From: Deltaproteobacteria bacterium
GTDB taxonomy: Bacteria; Desulfobacterota; DSM-4660; Desulfatiglandales; HGW-15
Length of the DNA: 52,039 nt
Reading direction: 5' to 3'
Assembly (NCBI GenBank): GCA_016932115.1
Contig: JAFGDM010000152.1
Span: 1 to 52,039 of the forward strand
The notes beneath the pieces were generated by a model. The model had not been told where the DNA came from, ran no database searches, and saw nothing but the letters and a program-made list of their open reading frames with translations. The first letter of the stretch is position 1. Each line of letters begins with the position of its first letter. Below are positions 9,431 to 16,878 of this stretch, in pieces. The translations under genes were made by a program, and so were the position numbers.

Positions 9431-10897
9431 TCAGAAGCATAATCTTCCAGGGTTTAGTACATTGTTAGGATCGAAGATCTTTTTCACCTTTCTCTGCAGG
9501 ATGTTGGTCTCTGCAGCACGACTATAGGCGATCTTCGCCCAGGTTCCGTAAGGTCGGGAGAAGAAGGCTCCCATGTTGGCTAGGTCATAGGCCCCTTCAG
9601 TAACCAGTGACTGTGCTCGCTCCGTCTGAGTGCTATCGGTCGCGTCATAGAAAAGGTCAAATTCCAGGTGGCAGCTTGTGCCCTGGACAATGGGCTGGAT
9701 ATAGACGCCTATGTCTTCTGATGGGAAGCGGCGGGAATGAGCCAGGGTATGCATTGCTCCGATAAAAGCAGGGGAATTGTCGAGTGTGTTGAGGAAGAAG
9801 ATATCTGAAAAACCTCCTTTGTAGCGTAGCTTCCAGTAGGGTTCATCAGAAGGTTTTGTCAGGAGCTTTGTTATATCGTCCTCACTGAAACTCAAGACAT
9901 TTTGTAAATGTCTTAAATTGCCGGCCTGTTTGAGCATGTCCCGGAAATCCGCCTCCTGGTATTCTACCTTCCCCTCCGGCAATGGGCCATACCCCTCCAA
10001 CGTAACCACAAGAATCCACCGGGGAAGCGCGGCCCTTAGCTCCCTAATCTCCTCCTGATTCTTCCCTAGCAGGGAAGCAAATTTCAGATCATTGACGATG
10101 AAGCAGGTTTCACCAAGTCTAACCCGTATCAGACGATAGCTGAGATCTAAAAGAGGCTCGATGGTTTCAGAAGAAATGAGGAAAGTCCGGGTACGGGTTG
10201 ACGAAGGCCGGCACTTTACTGTTGCCCAGGTAATGATCCCGATCGTTCCCTGAGCGCCTGATATGAGCCTGCTCTCATCAAACTGGCCTAGACCAAAAGG
10301 GACCATTTGAGCCTTGCCGATTTTCCATTGATCTTCAATGGAGTCTGGTCCTGCAGCCTCTCCGCTTCGGAGTTTGTCTCCGGTTCCAAAGATGATCTCA
10401 GCACAAAGGAAGGGGTCGAGGGCGTCCCAGTGATGGGCGGGTATAGTGATGGGTTCTCTTTCCAGCATGCTTAGCGCAACCGACTTAGACCCCCTGGGAC
10501 ACAAGGGCGTATAGGTAGATAAGCCTGCCTTTTCCAGTTCCGGCTGAAGTTCACCAAATGTCACTCCGGGTTCTACCATGACTACCCAGTTTATGGGGTC
10601 AATGCGGATGATCTTCTTCATTCTGCTCAAATCGATTATGACCGATCCGCCCATGGCGGGAATCGTGTCACCCCTAAAGTGAGGGGGCCCTGAGCTCACC
10701 GGAACAAGAGGAGTCATCGTTTCATTAGCCCACTTTACTATCCCCTGAACCTCATCCGCAGTGCTGGGTTTTGCCACACATCTTGGTCTCCTACTGGGAA
10801 CGAAACTCAGGTCAGACGAATACTCCCTTAGAATGTCTATACCATCCAGGACATTTCCAGTACCCACAATGTCTTCTAACGCATTATTGTCTGACAT
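9431..10897 (-). CDS. FAD-binding oxidoreductase, GlcD / D-2-hydroxyacid (D-lactate) dehydrogenase-like
   Basis: 488 aa. FAD_binding_4 signature (KPSTADEVQGIVKWANE, VIIDLSRMKKIIRIDPINWVVMVEPGVTF) and the canonical C-terminus KKIFDPNNVLNPGRL. Strong SD (AAGGAGGAG) before ATG 10897. Confidence 0.8.
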   Translation of the reverse strand: MSDNNALEDIVGTGNVLDGIDILREYSSDLSFVPSRRPRCVAKPSTADEVQGIVKWANETMTPLVPVSSGPPHFRGDTIPAMGGSVIIDLSRMKKIIRIDPINWVVMVEPGVTFGELQPELEKAGLSTYTPLCPRGSKSVALSMLEREPITIPAHHWDALDPFLCAEIIFGTGDKLRSGEAAGPDSIEDQWKIGKAQMVPFGLGQFDESRLISGAQGTIGIITWATVKCRPSSTRTRTFLISSETIEPLLDLSYRLIRVRLGETCFIVNDLKFASLLGKNQEEIRELRAALPRWILVVTLEGYGPLPEGKVEYQEADFRDMLKQAGNLRHLQNVLSFSEDDITKLLTKPSDEPYWKLRYKGGFSDIFFLNTLDNSPAFIGAMHTLAHSRRFPSEDIGVYIQPIVQGTSCHLEFDLFYDATDSTQTERAQSLVTEGAYDLANMGAFFSRPYGTWAKIAYSRAAETNILQRKVKKIFDPNNVLNPGRLCF

Positions 10898-11225
10898 CCT
10901 GCTCCTCCTTTCTTATTAGCGCTGATAAATCTGTGTTTTTTCCTAACAGTTAACCCTGAGGTGTGTTTCTTACGTTTGGGATTTTGAACACAGTCCAGCC
11001 AGTGGCCGGCAGTGCGACCAGATTGATCGAACAGATAAGTTGACGCTTTTCTCAACAATCCCGTCCACCCTTCGATACTTCAGGATGAACTCTTAAAAGT
11101 AACAAGTATTCTGTTTTCAGTTCGACGATATATGCCTAACGGAATAACGAAAACGCCTACTCGGCCTTATTCGAAAACATCAACCTTGGAAGATTTATAC
11201 AAAAGACATGAATAATTAGGTAAGA

Positions 11226-11241
11226 TGCAACACTTATGCCA
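11226..11241 (-). promoter_or_regulatory. Sigma-54 (-24/-12) promoter reading toward the flavoprotein/Etf operon
   Basis: The minus strand reads TGGCAT-AAGTG-TTGCA, against consensus TGGCAC-N5-TTGCW. It lies between the operon and the divergent sigma-54 activator gene. Confidence 0.6.
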
Positions 11242-11305
11242 AGTCACAGCAAATTGTTAACTTACTGGAATATTGATAATAAACTGCTTCTTCCCGATTA
11301 TTATA

Positions 11306-11337
11306 TTCCATTTTGGCATTTTTAATTTCCATTTTGG
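11306..11337. promoter_or_regulatory. Two perfect 11-bp direct repeats TTCCATTTTGG, 21 bp apart (candidate enhancer/UAS for the adjacent activator)
   Basis: Repeats at 11306-11316 and 11327-11337. They lie about 65-100 bp upstream of the -24 element (relative to the minus-strand promoter) and about 70 bp upstream of the activator start codon. Confidence 0.4.
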
Positions 11338-11406
11338 AAAATACCTTGATAGTTTGCAACAAAGGTTTTGATATACCCATTTCGAGAAAAGGGAGGATTG
11401 GATCTG

Positions 11407-13023
11407 ATGAAAGCAAGCGACCTTGATCTCCGGAATCTTTTATCCTTTAATCCCGGAGGCGGTATTATTCAATTGATGGGGGATCGTGTCATTTTGCTTG
11501 ATGTGGTTGCTATGGGCCTCTTTCGCAGAGAACTGATTAACAGCCTCGGCTTCTCTGCGGCACGGAACATCCTGACGCGTTTTGGATACGCACACGGATG
11601 GCTCATCGCCGACAAGTTGGCCACCAATTATCCGGATCTGGCTAAAGAACCGTCATACGGACCTGTATTGCACATGTTGCAAGGAGTGGTTGATGTCAAG
11701 GAATTCAAGTCCACTGTGATCGGTGATCCACTTTATCACGTGACCTCTATCTGGGACAATTCCTACGAAGCAGAGCAGCATGTCCTTCAATTTGGCATAG
11801 CAAACGAGCCGGTATGTTGGACTCTGACCGGCTACGTCAGTGGATACAGTAGTCGCATTAGTGGTCGAGAGACCTATTGTATTGAGCACAAGTGCCGAGG
11901 AAAAGGTGATGCGCTCTGTCACATCGAAAGCCGTTCTAGGGAGGATTGGGGAGAAGCTATAGATGATCAACTGCTCTTCTTCCAAGAAGAAACTATAGAC
12001 GGCATACTCAGGGACATAGTCGCTAAACTTCGCCGTTCCGAGAGGCGTTTGTCAAAGCTCAAGAAGCTTATCGACAGCGACATATACCCACCGGGTATAA
12101 TAGCAAATAGCCCGGCTATGCAGCATGTCCTGGGTATTGCGAAACGTGCTGCAAAAGTCGACTCTACTGTTCTGATAACCGGGGAAAGCGGTGTCGGAAA
12201 AGAAATGATTGCACGATTCATTCATGATGAATCATCGCGAGCGGGCCGACCCTTTGTGGCCGTCAACTGCAGTGCCATTGCGGAGACACTTTTGGAAAGT
12301 GAGTTTTTCGGGCATATAAAAGGAGCATTTACCGGTGCAGATCGTGACCGTGTAGGCCTTTTTGAAGCTGCGAACGGCGGTACAATATTCCTCGATGAAA
12401 TCGGAGAGATGCCTACAGGCACCCAAACAAAGCTTTTGCGAACTCTGCAAGAAAAACAAATAAGGCGCGTGGGGGAGAGCAAGACTCGTCCTGTTGACAC
12501 CAAAGTTATCGCCGCCACAAATTGCGATTTAGCAAAAGAGATCGAATCTGGTCGATTCCGACAGGACCTATTTTACCGTCTGTGCGTTATCGAGCTCGAA
12601 GTCGTGCCGCTTCGCGATCGGGTTGAGGATATCTTACCACTGGCACGCTTTTTCCTGGGTAAAACTACCGAAAAAATGGGGCGACCGGTGAATGGATTTT
12701 CTCCAGCCGCCATCGAGCATCTTTTGATTTATAACTGGCCCGGCAATGTGCGCGAACTTCATAACGTGATCGAACGGGCTGTAGCCCTGTGTTCGACAAG
12801 TCAAATCCAATTGGAGGATTTACCTAAAGCCCTCCGGAAGGGCATACCCAAACCCAAGAGCGATGACGATATCTATCCTCTTTCAGAGCTTGAACGGAAA
12901 TATATTTTGGCGACACTGGAAATTACAAAAAACGACAAAAGATTAGCAGCACGCAAATTGAATATAGGCCTCACTTCCCTTTATCGAAAATTGAGAGAGT
13001 ACGAAGCTAATGTCTCTGTGTGA
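11407..13023 (+). CDS. Sigma-54-dependent transcriptional activator with a XylR/DmpR-type N-terminal sensor (XylR_N + V4R)
   Basis: The N-terminus aligns by eye with DmpR/XylR (RVILLDVVAMGLFRRELINSLG, EPVCWTLTGYVSGYSS, CRGKGDALC). AAA+ core with GESGVGKE, GAFTGA and ESEFFGH. C-terminal Fis-type HTH. ATG 11407 follows GGGAGGA; the track starts at TTG 11368. Confidence 0.9.
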   Translation: MKASDLDLRNLLSFNPGGGIIQLMGDRVILLDVVAMGLFRRELINSLGFSAARNILTRFGYAHGWLIADKLATNYPDLAKEPSYGPVLHMLQGVVDVKEFKSTVIGDPLYHVTSIWDNSYEAEQHVLQFGIANEPVCWTLTGYVSGYSSRISGRETYCIEHKCRGKGDALCHIESRSREDWGEAIDDQLLFFQEETIDGILRDIVAKLRRSERRLSKLKKLIDSDIYPPGIIANSPAMQHVLGIAKRAAKVDSTVLITGESGVGKEMIARFIHDESSRAGRPFVAVNCSAIAETLLESEFFGHIKGAFTGADRDRVGLFEAANGGTIFLDEIGEMPTGTQTKLLRTLQEKQIRRVGESKTRPVDTKVIAATNCDLAKEIESGRFRQDLFYRLCVIELEVVPLRDRVEDILPLARFFLGKTTEKMGRPVNGFSPAAIEHLLIYNWPGNVRELHNVIERAVALCSTSQIQLEDLPKALRKGIPKPKSDDDIYPLSELERKYILATLEITKNDKRLAARKLNIGLTSLYRKLREYEANVSV

Positions 13024-13074
13024 TACTGAAATTTTATGGTCTGAGTAATCAAGGACGTCATGATGGGGTTTACT

Positions 13075-13365
13075 CTACTCTTGGTCGTCGCCTGGCTGAT
13101 TATATGCCTGAATCAAATCCGCAACCACCGTTTGAATTTGCTCCACGCTGGTAAGCATGAACATGGGTACATCAGGCAATTCAGATAAGTCGGCGCAAGC
13201 CCGCGGGCATCCCTGGACAACTATAACCGCCTCGGCTTCACCCGAATCCACCGTGACCCATTCCACACGGTTTCCCAACTTTTCTTTCAACTCATTTGTC
13301 GCCTCTCTCCGATTATACTGCGGGTTGCATCCCCCGCAGTATTTCAGTGCGATTTTATTCCACAC
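13075..13365 (-). CDS. Small Cys-rich protein (CxxC...CxxxC); possible thioredoxin-like Fe-S/metal-binding or CGGC-domain protein
   Basis: 96-aa ORF with a GTG start that overlaps the upstream gene by 11 nt. It contains YCGGCNP and QGCPRAC. No strong SD. Confidence 0.5.
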   Translation of the reverse strand: MWNKIALKYCGGCNPQYNRREATNELKEKLGNRVEWVTVDSGEAEAVIVVQGCPRACADLSELPDVPMFMLTSVEQIQTVVADLIQAYNQPGDDQE

Positions 13366-14800
13366 CGGCTAGCTTCTTGGCAGCCCGGATCTTCTCCCGC
13401 ATGTTGATCCGCCTACCGATCATGATCCGTTGAGCTTGAGGTGAACCGGCTCCATGCATAGATTCAGTTAGGTAACCCACGGCTGCGGTCCCTAGGGTCA
13501 GGTTTTCTATAAGCCTCAGAATCCGGAGGCGATTCTCCATCGGTATGCCGTCTTTGGCCTTGAAGTACTTCTTCAGCAAATGGCCTACCTCCCCAGACGA
13601 GAAGTCCGCTTCCGCGGGCATGGTCACCATGAGCCCACCGGCGATATCCTGAGCCAGTCGCGAGATCTCGTATGGAAACCGGGTGACATTGTGTTTGTGG
13701 ACATTAGCCAATAAAATGTCCACGCAGTAAGTGCCGCTTGGTTCCTGATGCCCTTCCGAAGCACAGGCAATGCATCCGCAGTACAGCGTTTCATTTAAAT
13801 GGTTCATTTCAACAATCTTGTCTTTGATATGGGATGCCTTCTCGACTCCGATATATTCCGCAGATGCCTGAGCGGCGCCTATGAGTACGTCCCCTACTCC
13901 GACCTTGCAAGCATAGCTCTGCCTATGGTAGGCGGCGAACAGTTCCACCAAGCGGCCGGCAAAATCGTATTCCCTGTACATAAAAAGTCGTTCCCAGGGA
14001 ACAAAAACGTCTTCAAATATAACAAGAGCTTCATGGCCGCCGAACATTATGTTCCCCTGGTCTCTCTTCCCCGGTTCAAGCTTTCTGGTGTCGCAGGATT
14101 GCCGCCCCATGACGTAAGTGATGCCCTCGGCATCTGAAGGCAGGGCAAATGAAACAGCCCAATCGGCGTCATCCGGCCCCATGGCTTGGGTAGGCATAAC
14201 TAGGATCTCATGGCTGTTCACCGCTCCGGTCTGATGTGCTTTGGCCCCTCGGACTACAATACCTTCCTTGCGCTTTTCAACGACGTGCAGGAAGGCATCG
14301 GGATCAGGCTGCTTGTGGGGAGGCAGACTGCGGTCGCCTTTCGGGTCGGTCATGGCACCATCCACGGTCAGGTCATTGATTTGCACATATCTCAAATAGT
14401 TGAGTAAACGTTGATTATATTTCGTAGCGTATTTCAAGTCGATGTCGTAAGTAATTATCGACAAGGCATTTAAAGCATCCATGCCCACACAACGTTGAAA
14501 ACAACACCCTGTCTCCCGCCCAAGTAGGCGGCCCATTTTACTCTTTTTAAGGAGATCCTCCCGGTTTTGGTGAATATGAGTGAAACGGTTTATCTTTTCT
14601 CCGGTCAGATGACTCCGGACTGTCATCAGGTCCTCGTGTTCAGGGTCATGGGCCAGTTCATAGGTCTTGGCCACCGCCAGCGCCGACGGCCTGATAATGA
14701 GGTCATCCACCGGATTTGATACCCGTCGGCCGAACATGTATACCTTCAGGTTAAGTTTCCTCAGGCTGTCAAGGTACTCTTCAGCAGTCATCAACGGCAT
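13355..14800 (-). CDS. 4-hydroxybutyryl-CoA dehydratase / vinylacetyl-CoA isomerase family protein (AbfD/HpaB fold)
   Basis: The N-terminus MPLMTAEEYLDSLRKLNLKVYMFG is typical of the family. Candidate [4Fe-4S] ligands GCCFQRC and YHRQSYAC are present. ATG 14800 is preferred over TTG 14818. Confidence 0.8.
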   Translation of the reverse strand: MPLMTAEEYLDSLRKLNLKVYMFGRRVSNPVDDLIIRPSALAVAKTYELAHDPEHEDLMTVRSHLTGEKINRFTHIHQNREDLLKKSKMGRLLGRETGCCFQRCVGMDALNALSIITYDIDLKYATKYNQRLLNYLRYVQINDLTVDGAMTDPKGDRSLPPHKQPDPDAFLHVVEKRKEGIVVRGAKAHQTGAVNSHEILVMPTQAMGPDDADWAVSFALPSDAEGITYVMGRQSCDTRKLEPGKRDQGNIMFGGHEALVIFEDVFVPWERLFMYREYDFAGRLVELFAAYHRQSYACKVGVGDVLIGAAQASAEYIGVEKASHIKDKIVEMNHLNETLYCGCIACASEGHQEPSGTYCVDILLANVHKHNVTRFPYEISRLAQDIAGGLMVTMPAEADFSSGEVGHLLKKYFKAKDGIPMENRLRILRLIENLTLGTAAVGYLTESMHGAGSPQAQRIMIGRRINMREKIRAAKKLAGVE

Positions 14801-14827
14801 GGTGTAACCGCCTTTCAAAAAACATGA

Positions 14828-15721
14828 TTATACCGACAGTGCAGCTTGGCTGTGCGCGCATTTATCTTGAATTCCGGCCCATTCGCGATCGACCCACTCT
14901 TGAAAATCAACCCTTCCTTCCAAAGAAAGTCCCTTGAACCGGCCTTGAAGATCAAGATATTCATCTATCGGTATTTTAACAGGCATCGGGTTGATTTTCC
15001 ACTCCAGACCGCCAAATATCTCATATAAAGGAAATACACGGCTTTCCACCGCCTTGCGCGCCACTTCTAAGGTAAGCTGGGTTTCATGACGCCACCCGGT
15101 GGGGCAAGGAGCTAAAAGATGGATGAAACGCATCCCGCTCAAGTCCTTGGCCTTACGAACCTTGTTCATGACATCGTAGGGATAGCCTAAAGAGGTTGAA
15201 GCTGCATAGGTTATCCGGTGAGCGGCCATTATTTCCATGATATTCTTCTTGGGCTCCCGTTTCAGGGCTCCAGCCGGAGTAGTAGTCGTCCAGCAACCCC
15301 GGGGTGTGGCAGATGATCTCTGAATACCTGTGTTCATATAGGCCTCATTGTCATAGCAGACATAAATCATGTCTACGCCTTTTTCGGCGGCACCGCTAAG
15401 AGCTTGTAACCCGATATCGAAGGTCCCGCCATCACCTGCCCAACCCAGTACCGTATCTCTCCGGCCTTGCCTGTCCAGGGAAGCCCTAACACCAGAAGCG
15501 GTAGCAGCGGTAGTCGCGAAGGGAACCGACATCACAGGCACCTTAAGTGTGGTGCTGGGATACAGCCCAACAAAAGTCGGCCAGCACCCGGCAGGCATAA
15601 CCACCACAGTGTTTTCTCCCAAAGCCTCCAGGACATAGCGCATGGCTAGGGATGCCCCACAGCCGGGACAACCCATATGTCCGGGAGTCAAAAGATCCTT
15701 TTGAAAAACACTTTTGGTCAT
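14828..15721 (-). CDS. 2-oxoacid:ferredoxin oxidoreductase beta subunit (TPP-binding)
   Basis: GCPGCG and GDGG TPP motifs. ATGA overlap with the alpha subunit stop, and GGAGGT before ATG 15721. Confidence 0.85.
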   Translation of the reverse strand: MTKSVFQKDLLTPGHMGCPGCGASLAMRYVLEALGENTVVVMPAGCWPTFVGLYPSTTLKVPVMSVPFATTAATASGVRASLDRQGRRDTVLGWAGDGGTFDIGLQALSGAAEKGVDMIYVCYDNEAYMNTGIQRSSATPRGCWTTTTPAGALKREPKKNIMEIMAAHRITYAASTSLGYPYDVMNKVRKAKDLSGMRFIHLLAPCPTGWRHETQLTLEVARKAVESRVFPLYEIFGGLEWKINPMPVKIPIDEYLDLQGRFKGLSLEGRVDFQEWVDREWAGIQDKCAHSQAALSV

Positions 15722-16878
15722 ACGATTACCTCCACCCAAGTAGACTCGCCCAAAAAGACACTATCTCCCGTTCCGGAAAGGGCTTGGCGTACCATTTCAA
15801 TCAATTTTTCAGGAGTTATATCGTTGCCGCCGATTCCCGCCACAAACCCATGCACCTGGGCAAAAGAACGTCCGTACAAACAGGCCTTTATTTCTTGAGC
15901 AACTATGCCTTCAGCTCCAAAGGAAATATCTCGATCAAGAACCACAATATGTTTGGCCCCCTTGACCGCTTCGGTAAAACTGCGCTTGGGAAAAGGTCGT
16001 ATCAGCCCCAACCTTAGACTACCCGCGGCCACTCCCTCACGCCGCAGACTTTGTGCCGCTAGAAGCGCCGCCCCTCCCGCAGTACCGATGGTGACGATGA
16101 CCACCTCAGCATCTTCAGACATATAGGCTTCAACAGTTGGGTGTAATCTACCAAATGCATTGGCAAAATCATTCGCAGCTTCCAGCCAGGCTTCTTCCAC
16201 AGCCAGCATGTCTTTCTGACGGCGGCACTTCAGAGAAGCATAAAGATCCGCTCCGCACACCGCGCCGTATGTACTTGGAGCATCAGGGTCCACCTTTTCG
16301 GCAGGTTGGTAAGCAGGCAAATACCGGTCTACTTCCATTTGAGAGGGTATATCCACAATTTCGGAGGTATGGGTCAGATAGAAACCGTCCAGATTGATCA
16401 TAATCGGAAGCATCGCTTGCTCGGCCACTTTGTAGGCAATCAGGATGCTATCCAAAACATCCTGAACATCACTGCAATAGAGCTGTATCCAGCCCGTATC
16501 CCGCTGGGACAACGAGTCGGTGTGGTCACAGTAAAGGTTCCAAGGTGGCGACAAGGCCCGGTTGGCATTCAACATGACTATCGGGAGTCGTCCGCCGGCA
16601 GCGTGATGCAACATCTCGTGCATCAAGGCCAAACCATGCGAAGAGGTGGCCGTAAAAGTCCGGCAACCGGTGGCTGACGCTCCCACGCAGGCGGCCATGG
16701 CTGAATGTTCAGATTCAACAGACAAAAATTCGGCTTCCAATTCGCCCGTAGCCACGTAATTTGATAATTCCTCCACCGTTACGGTTTGTGGCGTAATTGG
16801 ATAAGCAGCCACCACCTGCACCCTGGCCAGAACAGCTGCCAAAGCGGCTGCCTCAGTGCCCATGATTACTTTCTTCAT
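15718..16878 (-). CDS. 2-oxoacid:ferredoxin oxidoreductase alpha subunit
   Basis: MKKVIMGTEAAALAA...AYPITPQT is typical of PorA/VorA/KorA. ATGA overlap at 16875-16878 with the upstream gene. Confidence 0.85.
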   Translation of the reverse strand: MKKVIMGTEAAALAAVLARVQVVAAYPITPQTVTVEELSNYVATGELEAEFLSVESEHSAMAACVGASATGCRTFTATSSHGLALMHEMLHHAAGGRLPIVMLNANRALSPPWNLYCDHTDSLSQRDTGWIQLYCSDVQDVLDSILIAYKVAEQAMLPIMINLDGFYLTHTSEIVDIPSQMEVDRYLPAYQPAEKVDPDAPSTYGAVCGADLYASLKCRRQKDMLAVEEAWLEAANDFANAFGRLHPTVEAYMSEDAEVVIVTIGTAGGAALLAAQSLRREGVAAGSLRLGLIRPFPKRSFTEAVKGAKHIVVLDRDISFGAEGIVAQEIKACLYGRSFAQVHGFVAGIGGNDITPEKLIEMVRQALSGTGDSVFLGESTWVEVIV

